Shown piece by piece: positions 1 to 28,147 of a stretch of 64,000 bases of DNA. Positions within the stretch are counted from its first letter, which is position 1. Each line of letters begins with the position of its first letter. The notes under the pieces are model-generated. The model ran no database searches. It had not been told where the DNA came from and worked only from the letters and a program-made list of their open reading frames with translations. Made by a program: the position numbers and the translations under genes. Origin of the DNA: the human T2T-CHM13v2.0 reference genome, Homo sapiens; the NCBI RefSeq assembly GCF_009914755.1, contig NC_060936.1, one strand, 5' to 3'.

Positions 1-456
1 TGTTGACTACTTCCTGGAGGGGCTGGCACTGGGGAGTTGGCTGGGCCAACGCCTGCAGACACTTCCAGCCTTGCCTTCTCTCTGCTGATATAGCTGGGTC
101 TTACTGGGGATCTGGCCAGCCTTGGGGGCCCTTGGAGCCCTGGCCCAGTGGAAGCTCGTGCCTGAGGAACATGGAGGCCACGCTAATGGTGAGTTAGTGC
201 TGTGGTACAGAAGCAGCCAACCTGTGCCTACTCATGTCCCCAGTTCCTAGACTTAAGGAGGGAAGGGGAGAAATACACTTGAGGAAGGAGAGTGGGGGAG
301 GATGTCCAAGGTGAATGGGGCAGGGCACTGAAAAAAAAAGTTGAAGGAGTCAGGGGAAGCAGGAAAGAGTTACAGAAGGAAAGGAGGATCTCAGGGAAGT
401 CTAGGAGGAAAAATAGAATTTCGAAGAATTTCTTTTAGAATGAATTGTCGGGGGGG

Positions 457-823
<367 letters not shown>

Positions 824-909
824 TTAGAATGTGAGTGTGTATAGGGTAGGATTCAGGGCCTAAAGAGGCCTTCTTGAGTCTGTATTGCCCCCTCCGAAGC
901 AGTGGTCTT

Positions 910-1210
910 TTTTTTTTTTTTTTTTTTTGAGATGGAGTCTCACTCTGTCACCCATGCTGGAGTACAGTGGCATGATCTTGGCTCACTGTAACCTCCGCCT
1001 CCTGGATTCAAGTGATTCTCATGCCTCAGCTTCCCGAGTAGCTGGGATTACAGATATGCATCACCATGCCCGGCTAGTTTTTGTATCTTTAGTAGAGATG
1101 GGGTTTCACCATGTTAGCCAGGCTGGTCTTGAACTCCCAACCTCAAGTGATCCACCCACCTCAGCCTCCCAAAGTGCTGGGATTACAAGTGTGAGCCACC
1201 GCGCCCGGCC
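910..1210 (-). mobile_element. AluS inserted into a TMEM198B exon, 12-bp TSD AGCAGTGGTCTT (898-909 / 1211-1222)
   Basis: Poly-T followed by an antisense Alu body ending CCCGGCC, with exact direct repeats on both sides. Confidence 0.93.
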
Positions 1211-1927
1211 AGCAGTGGTCTTAAGCCACCAGCAAAGCCATCTCCAACTCCTTCAGACCCTTCAGCAAAAGGCCAAATGGCACTGGATCCCCTCTGGGGT
1301 GGGGCTTTGTGAGGGCAGCTGTCGGCATCAGCTCCCTGCCAATACCTGCAGCCCTGCTGACAGTCTGGCTCCAGTGAGTGGGGGACTTGGGGACACCCTG
1401 GGCAGATGGAGCAGAGGACATATGGGGATGGTCAGGGTGGGAGGGGGGCTCTGACCCAGGCCCCTCCTTACTCCCTCTCTGCCCTGTGTCCCTCCAGAGT
1501 TACTTCCAGAGTCTTCAAGAGTGCCAACTGGGACCAGGACCCCAGACCACAGCCCCCCACACCGTCCTGGACCTGGATTCTGACTGTGGTTCCACTGTAC
1601 CCCTCACCTTAATCTCTGGTTCTAACCAGACCTGAGCCTAGACTTCCACTTTTTCCCTTACCCCTGTGAGGGCCTGGGAACACTAGGTGGGCAGGGTTTG
1701 AGCCCACAGGACCTGCACACAAACTTCCCCACCTCTTGGACTTGGGGACAGGATCTGTGCCTCAACCCAGACCAGCTTTGTAGGGATATGTTCCAAGAAC
1801 AGAGAAGAGTCTTATGGGGAAGGGGGAGGAAGGGAAGTATGAATATTTACCTCTGACCAATAATAGAGGTGCCCTGGTCCCCAAAGAAATTGACTCCCGA
1901 ATTCCCTCCAAGCCTTACCCATATAGC

Positions 1928-2215
1928 TTTTGTTTGTTTGTTTGTTTTCAGACAAGGTCTTGTTCTGTCCAGTGCCGTGGCGTGACCACAGCTCATGACA
2001 ACTTTGATTTCCCCGGCCCAAGCGAGCCTCTCATTCAGCCTCCTGAGTGGCTGGGACCACAGACGCCACACACAGCTAATTTTTATGTATTCGTTTTTAT
2101 TTTTTTGCAGAGACAGGGTCTCCCTATGTTGCCCAAGCTGGTCTTGAACTCCTGGGCTCAAGTGATCCTCCTGCTTCAGCCTCCCAAAGTGCTAGGATTA
2201 TAGCCACCGCACCTC
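1928..2215 (-). mobile_element. AluJ-like SINE in the TMEM198B 3' UTR region
   Basis: Diverged antisense Alu containing CTCAAGTGATCCTCCTGC and a (TTTG)n tail. Confidence 0.8.
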
Positions 2216-2869
2216 GTCTTGAAATAGCCTTTTAAATGTTCACCTCAGCTTGCCTCACAGTGGTAAAAATAAGCATTTTTTTGTTTTGTAGGATCAGGGA
2301 GCTTCCAAGGCATTTGATACCTTTTTGATGGGAAGAAGGGCTCTGAGGAGCTCCAAGATACCCCAACCTCCAGGCCCTTCATTAGGGGGTAGTTGGGTTT
2401 CTGTTTGGCCTTTCCCCCTGGGCCCCATAGGCTTAAACTACCCCCACCCCCACCTCCGCCTCCTACCTCAGCTGGGAGCACTGTCTTCCATGGGGCTTCC
2501 ACTTCTCTCCTCAACCTGGGGAAGACCACAGGGCAGTGCCTGCCTCAGGACCTGCCTTCCCCAAAAGCTGGCTTCTTGCTCCAAGGAGAGAGCATTGACC
2601 CACCTGCCAGAGTCTTGCCTTTTGCCCAAAGGAGCCTGGTCTTCAGGGCTGCATAGGATGCAAGTGCCTTCTCTGCTTCTCACCGTGGGTGGCACTAATT
2701 TCCTCCTTAACCAGAACTTTGTTCCAGCCACTGACCCATTCTAACTCTTCCCCCTCTGACTCTCCTGCGCAGGGTCTGTTCCTGGTTTCCCAGATGCATA
2801 AAGGAAGACATATCCCTCCCCTGGGCAGCAAGGCTACAATGGGAGGGAGGGAGAACATGGGAGCATGTG

Positions 2870-2886
2870 AATAAAATGGCATTAAA
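2870..2886 (+). terminator. Poly(A) signals (AATAAA, ATTAAA), probable TMEM198B 3' end
   Basis: AATAAA at 2870-2875 and ATTAAA at 2881-2886, followed by a T-rich downstream stretch (~2910-2935). Confidence 0.65.
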
Positions 2887-3092
2887 TACTGAACCAGGGA
2901 GTCCAGCCTCTGCTGTTGCTGCTCTTTTCTTTCTCTGCACCCCAAAACAAAGAGCTAACCATCTTGACAAATCCTCTGTCCCCTAAAGATCTAATAGAGA
3001 TGCCCTTATTATACAGACTACTGTAAGAGTTATACAGCCAGACAGCTAGAGGAAGAGCTGTTCAGTCCTCTCTTATGAACATGGAGTTAGCT

Positions 3093-3098
3093 TTTATT
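3093..3098 (-). terminator. Candidate MMP19 poly(A) signal AATAAA
   Basis: TTTATT on + lies about 590 nt past the MMP19 stop. Confidence 0.5.
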
Positions 3099-3682
3099 AA
3101 ACACAAATGTACCAGACACTGTGCCAGGCACTTCACATACAGTATTTCATTTAGTGCAACAATCCTGCAGTACTGGTCTTAACCTAATGTTGCAAATGGG
3201 GAATCTGAGATTCAACAAGGTTAATTAGCTTGCCCGTAATCATAAGCACATAAATGTGATTCTCAAGGATTCCAAGGCCCTTGCTCAGTTTACTGGCCAT
3301 GCTGTTTTCTTGCATTTTATGTAGGAAGAACAGGACCCAGGCATCTCCCTCCACCATTGACCTCCAGAGAAGAGATGACACAGTTGGAAGGGCTGTCTAA
3401 GACAGACAGGAAATGGAGTTGGGGGCCAAATCTAAGTTAGGGGATCTGAGTTAGGGGAGCACTTCTCAGGAGTGAAAATGCACAGGAAAGTGGTGGCTGG
3501 AGTTGGAAGTGTTAGAGGCCTGAGATCTACGGTCTTGCGCCTGCTACAGCACCTGCAAGGTTCTACTGAGCAGACAGGTATTTCATTCAGCTATTAGGCC
3601 TTAGGCTTCTGGGGGGGAAATGAAAGGGTGGGTGGTGGAGCCTCAGGGGTTAATGTCCAAGATTGTGTCTGTGGGTGAGCAG

Positions 3683-9481
<5,799 letters not shown>

Positions 9482-9612
9482 GGTCCCACCAGACGAGAGC
9501 TCCAGAGGCTGTCCGTGCCTCTGACCTGAGATTTCTGGGAGCCTTGGGGGAGCAGTGCTAGGCAGAGGGGCTCTTACCCCCAGTTCTTTTTACTCTCCAG
9601 CCTCTAGTCCTC

Positions 9613-9618
9613 TTTATA
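9613..9618 (-). promoter_or_regulatory. MMP19 TATA box (TATAAA)
   Basis: TTTATA on + lies ~130 nt upstream of the ATG, the typical position in inducible MMP promoters. Confidence 0.85.
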
Positions 9619-9655
9619 ACAGCTGAGGGGAATTTGGGGGAGAGGCAGAGGGAGG

Positions 9656-9662
9656 TGACTCA
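9656..9662. promoter_or_regulatory. AP-1 site TGACTCA in the MMP19 promoter
   Basis: Perfect consensus ~40 nt upstream of TATA, the canonical proximal MMP AP-1 position. Confidence 0.85.
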
Positions 9663-9671
9663 GCCAAGAGA

Positions 9672-9718
9672 TATGTTGCAATTCACCATTAACCCTTGCC
9701 CTACCAGAGAGCGGAAGC
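9672..9718. promoter_or_regulatory. C/EBP-type site (TATGTTGCAAT) and ETS/PEA3 core (CGGAAG)
   Basis: Motif matches next to the AP-1 site. Function is inferred only. Confidence 0.5.
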
Positions 9719-10323
9719 CAAAGAGAGTTCCCAATCGCTTCCCTCAGAGTCCTCTGCTGGAGATGGAAAAACTTCATACTGCCCTAGGGTGAGCATCCAG
9801 GCAGGACGAGAACCAGAATCTCTGGAGAGACTAGAGATAGGGATCATGGACATCCCCTGGAATTAGACATCAATGTGCCTCAGGGACCCTGGGCCAGCAA
9901 ATCACTCCGCCCCTACCTTTGAGTCTCCCTAGAATAAGCTGAGAGGTAGGAAACAGCTGAGGTAGCTTGGGTTTCAGGTGAAGGAGTCAAGCGTGAAGTC
10001 TCAGTTTCTTTGTACCCAAGACCAAGTTGGGAATATAGATGCTCCTGCAACCTACTTATGTCTGCTTTAATAAAAAGTCATTATTTCAAGAATCTAATGA
10101 GCCTGGAATATGTGGGTGTAGGTGGGACTTAACAAGGGCACAAATAAGTAAAGGGCCCAGAGCCTACCCTCAGGGAGCTTACGGATCCAGTGAGGCAGAT
10201 CCAGACACCTGGGAAGAGGGGAGCCAGCGTGCCAGGCCAGAGGTGATTCACCCTAAGGGGCTTGGGGCTGGGGGGAGGTTTGCTGAGAAGTCAGGCTTTG
10301 AGATGGGCTTTGAAGGCCAGCTA

Positions 10324-11705
<1,382 letters not shown>

Positions 11706-12723
11706 TTACCTCCTATAGTTCTCACAGCCATCTGGTGAGGGGAAAATTATTCCGGCCACTTTTTGTAGGAGGAAATAGATACTCAGAAAGGGAAATTTGA
11801 CCAAGAACATGGAACTCCCAACTGGCCTGACCTTATTTAAATCCCTCTGCTGACTCTATAACTCATGCTCTTTCCGTACACCACACTGACACTTAGAGCT
11901 TTGTTCTTTAAGTAACTAGGACCCCTGAAGGCTCCACCATCAGTTACACATCATACAACATTTTCATATTGTTCAAAAGCACAGTGAAGTAGACATAGGA
12001 ATGGGGGAAAAGGTAACTGAACTTTTATGTTCTCAGAAGGGCTGGGAGGCCACAAGGGAACACCTCACAGCCCAGGATCAAGGTGGGGGATGCTCCTGAT
12101 CCATATTGCTGCCCTCAATGATGCTGGTCCGTCTGGCCCATCCACCACCCAACTGGTAACCATTGGGTGACTAAGTCTCAAGTGACCAGTGACAGGCAAG
12201 GAAGGACAGAAAGCCTCTGAGCGATGAGTGACAGGGCCCATCACCAAGGCTGATGCACCCAGGAAATGATGGAGTTTGGGGACAAGTTCCTGCTTAGTCC
12301 CCTGCGGGGCTCTTCCTCCTCTCTTTCTACCCCCTTTCCAGTCTTTCTCCTTTTGAGAACAGAACATGCGCCAATTGAAAATTAATTACGATTTTTAAAA
12401 TTAATGTTTTGTGTTTTTTTCCTGAATAAGTTATTCATCATTCATTATAATATTTGGTATTAGAAAATACCAAAACAAACAAGGAAGAAAATGAAAACCA
12501 CTAGTAAATTCTACCCAAAAGAGAACCACTAGTAACATTTTGATGCATTTCTTTGAAACTGTCTGTGGAACTGAGCTCACCCAGCTCCGCCTGCCTGGCC
12601 TCAGCCCCTAGAGACTGTCTGGGAGGGAGGAGAAAGCTTTGGGAGCCAGAGAGGATAATGGAGGAGAGGTGAGGGGAGGGGTGGGGAAGAGACAGACAAG
12701 GAGGATGCAAGGGACAGGAGTAA

Positions 12724-13020
<297 letters not shown>

Positions 13021-13094
13021 TGATCGGCCCACCTCGGCCTCCCAAAATGCTGTGATTATACGTGTGAGCCACTGTGCCTAACCAGAAAAAAAAA

Positions 13095-13113
13095 GTGTGT
13101 GTGTGTATATATA

Positions 13114-13177
<64 letters not shown>
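13095..13177. repeat. Compound (GT)n(TA)n microsatellite
   Basis: Directly visible. Confidence 0.95.
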
Positions 13178-13181
<4 letters not shown>

Positions 13182-13347
13182 GTGTGTTAGGGAGAGAGAT
13201 GGCAGTTATCATAAGGTGAGGGTGGGTACTAACTCCGGCCTCAGAAGGCCTGGGGGTGGAACTATATTCTAGCAACTTAGGAGCCAGGAGAGAGAGAATA
13301 AATCAAAAGTAAAAGCTGCCAAATAGATAACTTCATTTAAATTTTAA

Positions 13348-13705
<358 letters not shown>

Positions 13706-14930
13706 TGAGTCTCTAATAAGTTGCTTCAGGTCACATAGCTAGGATGCAGCAGAGCCTGGAGCAGGCTCTAAAGCTGCCATCTTTGCTCAGCACTCTTCAG
13801 TCTCCCAGAGTTCCCACAGGCACCCAAACAAAAGCCCCTAGAGTCTGGAGCTGCAGGCTGGGCACATGTGCAAGGATTGGATGACTAATTGTTGCCAGCA
13901 CAGCATCATGACCACCCCCTCCACCAGCTCCTACCCCCTGAGCCGGGCTGACCCAGCTCTTTTTTGTCATCTCTAAATTTGTCATCTCTCACTGGGGGAG
14001 ATGTGGACGTGTGTGCGAAGGGTTAGGACATGTGGCTTGCCTGCCCCAAAAAGAGAACTTGATCTGAGAGAAAAAAATGGGTTCTTTGTCTTGCTTGCTC
14101 CCTTCCTGCAAATTGGTTTCCCTCTCTGTCCACAAATTGTGGCAAAAGAGTTTTACAGAAATATTTTTAATGACAATATTTTAAACTATAGCAAGTGGGA
14201 GTAGAGTAGACCTCTGAGAGTATTTTCTAATGATCAGGGGCCATGGGGTTATGGGTGGAAGGCAAAAGTTTGTAGAGATTTCTAAGCCCAGCAGAAGCTA
14301 ATCTCAAAGCTATCGCCCACCCCCTCTGACAGCCACCCTTACCCTGTGGAGGCAGTGGGCAGGGAAGCTGGGGAAAGAAGAAAGGGGAATCCTGGAGGGC
14401 AGGTAGAAGGGCAAGTCTGGAGCCTGAAACTGGAAACTGGAGGTGAGAAAAACATGAGCTGTAACCAAGTTAGGGCTGGCCCCGACTTTGCCCTTGACCT
14501 GGATAAATGTGGGAGTTGGTGGTGTTAGCCTCTGACCTGTTTCCCCCTCAGGGAGTCAGGACATAGGGAGCTTTCTTTGGCAGAGTGGGGTTGAATTTTT
14601 AAGCTGTTACCCTGGAAACCTCTGTTTTTAGGAGGACTCCCCTACATACCCACAAACACAGACATACACACACACTTTTTTAATTACTCATAAGTTCCTA
14701 GAAGCCGTATGGGAAGTGATGGTCAGGACTGTGCACAGCTGGAATTGGTTAGTGACCAGGGAAGTGGGAGGGGCTTGGGGATGGCTCAGGGACAGGGCCA
14801 GCACATTCTGTTCCCATGATGCTCCAAACTTCCTCAACCCCCATATGAACACTTCCTGGCATTCCCACCCACCCACCACTGCAGCTTGCACACACACTGC
14901 GTCGGGCACTGGCCTGCATCAGTTCAGTTG

Positions 14931-15135
14931 AGAGGACGTCAGACCCAAATCCAGAAGTTCTTCAGTTTCTGCCAAAGTGTGAGGGAGACCAACATCTGCT
15001 CCCCTTCTCCATTTCTCAGAAAAAGGTGCTGTCCCACAGGACTCCCCTGGAAATGGCTGGAGGCTTTTCTTTTCTTTTCTTTCCTTTTTTTTTTTTTTTT
15101 TTTTTTTTTTTGGTGAGACAGAGTCTCACTCTGTC
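14931..15135 (+). repeat. Source of the direct copy at 15997-16193
   Basis: AGAGGACGTCAGACCCAAATCC...GTGAGACAGAGTCT is repeated with ~5 substitutions in the unique part. Confidence 0.95.
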
Positions 15136-15440
15136 ACCCAGGCTGGAGTGCTATGGCATGATCTCAGCTCACTGCAACCTCCACCTCCCGGGTTGAAGTG
15201 ATTCTCCTGCCTTGGCCTCCCGAGTAGCTGGGATTACAGGCACGTGCCACCATGCCCAGCTAATTTTTGTATTTTCGCTAGAAATGGGGTTTCACCGTGT
15301 TAGCCAGGCTGGTCTCAAACTCCCGACCTCAGGTGATCCACCTTCCTCGGCCTCCCAAAGTGCGGGGATTACAGGCATGAGCCACCACCCCCAGCCTGGT
15401 GCCTTCTACTGGTGGTCTTATTCCCCAGCACAGCGCCTGT

Positions 15441-15659
15441 TGCATGAAGGGATGAATTATAGCCCCTGGGACAAGGAGGAGACTAGAGAAATGAGAAATG
15501 TCAGTGTTCTCTCAGCATCTGGGATGATAGGGAAATGAAGGTAGCACAGGGGTTTTTTGCTGCTTCTAGGAATGGCAGGCTTTTCTTTCAAGAAAACCAA
15601 ACTGCTTTTCCTAAGGGAGGTAGGATGTGGGTAAGCACTTTGCCCTCTTGTCCTCACCC
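15441..15659 (+). repeat. Source of the inverted copy at 16202-16419
   Basis: Reverse-complement match with ~12 differences over 219 nt. Confidence 0.95.
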
Positions 15660-15758
15660 TGTGACACCAGGAAACAGATCTGTCTTGACGTTGGGAACTG
15701 TCATGGGCATGGAAAACCCACGTTTGGTTCCTTTTTTGTTGGCAAAAGGGCTTGATAG

Positions 15759-16444
<686 letters not shown>

Positions 16445-18064
16445 TGACCTCTCCTTTAGAAGAGAGTGGTAACTAGATGAGGGAGGGAAAGTTGGGAAAG
16501 ACCTAGCTCTGTTCGTGCCAGGCCAGCAACTGCAGAGAGGGGTTTTGGGGTGAGAAGGCTGTCCTTGATGACGAAGGGATGCCTTGACACCTGTTTTGAT
16601 GGGGTGGGGGGTTCTCCGCAACCCCTATTTTGCCTCTAAATTTTTTAAGAAGGATACTGGGTGTTCACCAGTGTGTTTTTATTCTTTTTTAAATGGAATT
16701 CATTAATTTGACCACAGGGGAAGGGTTGATGCTGTGTACAAGTATATCTTGCACAGAGGAAGAAAGAACTAAAAGGTTTTAAAGTGGTTTTAAAGGGGCA
16801 CAATTCCAAACTCAAACTGGAATTGAGCTGTGTGCAACTTTGGCACAATGAGCACTGCTGCTCAGCTGTGAAAGGAGTTTTTGAAATGTGAAATAGGAAA
16901 AGATAACTGAGAAAAAAGACTGTTGATCCTAAGGAGACTGTTTTCTCGGATTTTTAATCTTTCTTTGCATTCACTGGTTTGGAACCGCCTTCACTGTGAA
17001 TCTCTCCTGGGCAAACAGAATGTGAATTGTTGCCTTCACACAGCCCCACAAACTAGAGGACATTTTACAGGGCTAGTGTCACCCTCCCCAGTGAATTCTT
17101 GGAGCCACACAGTCTTGGTGCATAGCATGGTCTTCGGGTCTCAGTTCCCTTCCTAATCCTTAGTGTTGTGGTTTTTAAGTGGAATCAGCATCCCAGACTA
17201 AAAAGCAACATTTATAGCTCCTTGAACAAGCCACCAGGGAGGCACAAATACCTCCCTGCTGTCTATAATACACCCTTACAAATCACAAGCTGGCTGTGTG
17301 ATTGTCACCCTGTTTGACCTGGGGTAAGAGGGCACAAAGGAGGAAGCAGAAGGGGAAATTAAGTCTGAACTAAACAATGCCATAATACAAAGAAATTCCA
17401 GACTGCTTTTTTATGCTCTCAACTTCCAGAGGGATCTAAGACCCTGTTAAGTGAAAACTCAGGAAATGTTGACTACATCTTTTGCAAAAGGCTGAAAGAC
17501 AGAAGACAGAGTGAGGTTGCAGGACCCAAGGATTGATCCCTGGTCTTCAGCACCTTTTAACTGAAATGGGGAGGACCCAGCCAGACAGGACCTAATAGGT
17601 TACTTGGATATTTCAGATAATTTGTCCTGGGGTTGTTGCCTCTTCTCAGCGCCCGGTTTAGAGAACATATGTCTCAAGCCATAACAGTCCAAAGGGGACA
17701 TTACATCCTCAAGTCTTCCATTTTCAAGTGCCTCGTCATGAGTTGGAGAAACCTGGCCCAACACTTTGCTGACTCCTGACCACATTCCAGGCTTTGCTGC
17801 TAGCATAGCAGGGAATTGCTCTTCAGTGAGATCAAAAGCCTTGTTACAGGGAGGAGTTTCACAAGGGGAACCTAACTCTGTGGATGCCCCAGCTCTCTTT
17901 TTTGGTTGTGAATGTTCTCTACTTAATGTAATACTTGGTTAATATACTTTTTTAATTGAGAGATAGCACACATGCAATAAAATGTATAAAGTGCACTAAT
18001 TTTAAGTGTGTATTTTGATTTTTAAAAATGTGTATATTGGCCTATGAAGCCATCACTCAGATCA

Positions 18065-18667
<603 letters not shown>

Positions 18668-18699
18668 TTAAAATTTTTTTAAAATTTGAGACAGGGTCT

Positions 18700-20870
<2,171 letters not shown>

Positions 20871-21067
20871 AGGCTGGATGTGATGGCTCATACCTGTAAT
20901 CCTACCACTTTAGGAGGCTGAGGCAGGAGGATCCCTTGAACCCAGGAGTTCAAGACCAGCCTGGGCAACATGGCAAAACCCCATGTCTACAAAAAACCAA
21001 AAACGGCCAGGCGCGGTGGCTCACGCCTGTAATCCCAGCACTTTGGGAGGCCAAGGTGGGTGGATCA

Positions 21068-21307
<240 letters not shown>

Positions 21308-21472
21308 TTAGCTGAGTATGGTGGTGTGTACCTGTGGTCCCAGCTACTCGGGAGGCTGAGTCAGGAGGATTGCTTGAGCCCAGGAGATCAAGGCTATGGT
21401 GAGCTGTGGTCACACCCCTGCACTCCAGCCTGGGCGACAGAGTGAAATCCTGTTTCAAAAATTAATTAATTA

Positions 21473-21888
<416 letters not shown>

Positions 21889-22147
21889 AAAAATTAATTA
21901 ATTAATTACATGCATTTATGTTCACTCTGTCCTCTAAAATGTTAATAAAGGAATAAACCCACAAGGACAAGGAGAACAGGAGAAGAGTCAATGCATGGGA
22001 GATGACAACACATTTTTGGAAGAGGGAAATCAAATAGAGGAGTGATAACATATAGTTTGGAGAGAGTTGAAGCCTAAATGCCCATGGAAGGTGAAACAAA
22101 CAGGAAGCAAACCAATTTATGCCCTGACCCTGTCTCCTTTTTTTTGA

Positions 22148-22291
<144 letters not shown>

Positions 22292-22688
22292 TAATTTTTT
22301 GTATTTTTAGTAGAGATGGGGTTTCACCATGTTGGCCAGGCTGGTCTCGAACTCCTGACCTCAAGTAATCCACCTGCCTTGACCTCCCAAAGTACTGGGA
22401 TTACAGGCGTGAACCACCGCGCACGGTCGACCCTGTCTCTTTTATTCCAGAAGTATCAGAAATTGAAGGCATCAATCTCTCAGATGGCAGGGGAAGGGAT
22501 AATTTAAATAAGACATATAGTTTATATAAGATCCGCAGTAAAAAAGTTTGTGGACCAGGCACAGTGGCTCGCGCTTGTAATCCCAGCACTTTGGGAGGCC
22601 AAGACGAGCAGATCACTTGACGCCAGGAGTTCAAGACCAGCCTGGCCAACATGGTGAAACCTCATCTCTACTAAAAATACACAAATTA

Positions 22689-22853
<165 letters not shown>

Positions 22854-23002
22854 TTATTGAGGCCCCTATACTTGTGTTTCTCTCACCAGGCCCAGGCAAA
22901 TTCCCAGCAGATGTGAGGTTTGTTCTCCAGAGAAATTGATCCTGGGGAGGCAGAGCAGGGCATGAAACCAGACTGAAAGCAGAGATTTAAGTGAAAGTCA
23001 CT

Positions 23003-23852
<850 letters not shown>

Positions 23853-23899
23853 AGTTACCATACTGAAGAATGAGACTCCTTGTCCTTCCCCGCTGCCAG

Positions 23900-26442
<2,543 letters not shown>

Positions 26443-27012
26443 GGTAGGGGCCAAAGGAAAACTTACCCTCTAGCCTCTGAAGGTTCACTGAAAACTCAAC
26501 TCACAAAAGGCAGATTGATTGGAGAAAAGGCATACAAACTTAATAATGTGTACAGGGGAGACAGCCGTAGAATGATTATCCTATCCCCAGTGTGGTGCAG
26601 AAGCTTATATACCATCTCGAGGTTACAGATAGAATGGGGCTCAGAGCATGGCCAAAAACAGGCTACAGTGGTAAATCAAGTTATAGTGGCAAAACAGATA
26701 ATGGGAAGGCGAGAAGAGGCCTGGCTAGCAAAGGTGGTCTTGTACTGCAAATGAAACCTCTCAAGCAGCAGCCCTCAAAGAGGATTGATGGTACATGTTT
26801 CTTTCAGGGGTTTAAAGGTGTCAGACTCTCACTGAATCTTCTCTGGATTTGGGCAAGGGAAGGCCAAGCTGTATCAATGCAGATTCTTACAGATGCAAAT
26901 CTTCCCCCACAAAATACAGCTTTACAGAGCTACTATTTTCTGGCTCTCTGACAGCCATCTCAGAATATATCAAATAAATATATTTTGGGGTAAAACATTT
27001 TTATTTCCTTCA
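26443..27012 (-). mobile_element. ERV1 (MER4-group, MER34/LTR48-49-like) 3' LTR
   Basis: Roughly 80% identical by eye to 41340-42486. The minus strand starts TGAAGG and is preceded by PPT-like AAAGTGGGGAC (27013-27023). Confidence 0.85.
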
Positions 27013-27876
27013 GTCCCCACTTTGAAACTTAAAAATGATTCAAATATTAAAAGTCAGGTTGATAGCTTTGGAGAGATTTGAGTTGAAGGTTGTTAGATAG
27101 AGATAGAGAAAGGAGCTGACAAATTTGGATAAGCAGAAAAGAGCAAATTTAAATGTATCATCCCATTTCTTCATTAATCAGAGTCTTAGTTCTGAGAATA
27201 GATCAGTTTGGTTAAACAGCTGTGTCCCATTCTAGGCGGTGCCACTGCAGATGGGCTAGGCCTCTATTTATGATGCAGACAAACAGATCTTTAATAAGAG
27301 TCATTTATATGGAAACGGAAGAAGAGCAAAAGTTAATGTCAGGAGTAGTCTATAAATTCATTTTTGCAGAGTCTCTAAAGTATCTTCAGATTGCCAATGC
27401 AATCCGACAGATTTTTCTGAATTGTAATTCGAACCAGGTGTTCAGGTGAACTTTCTGAGTATTCTATACATTAGCAAGCACAAATGCTGTTTCTACATAA
27501 GTTGCTGTGGTGATTTCTCCTGGAGTATACATCAAGCTATCTAGCTTCAGTATGCAGGGCTTCAATAAAAGCACAATTTTAATTTTTAGTGAGTCTGAGT
27601 CAGAAAAATCGCAGGAAAATTTGAAAACATTAGTTTGGAGACTTGTATCTGGGAAAGAATTCAGATTCAGTCCAAATTGTAGGCAAATAATAAAGACTCA
27701 AAAACAACGGCCAAGGCTACAATCTAATATCATGTGTACTATATTTTTTTGTGAAACATAATTTTTCTCTTTCCAGTTCCCCATTTCTACTTCTACCAAA
27801 GACAAATAATAATAGGATCAATTTATTTGCAAAATACATTTTACTTGTATTATACGTGGCCTGATTATCTGCATAA

Positions 27877-28147
<271 letters not shown>

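Noticed and set aside
885-1454. 189-aa ORF, one of the longest in the track
   Set aside because: It is an antisense Alu translation running into a TMEM198B exon from a TTG start. It is not in the frame set by upstream splicing.
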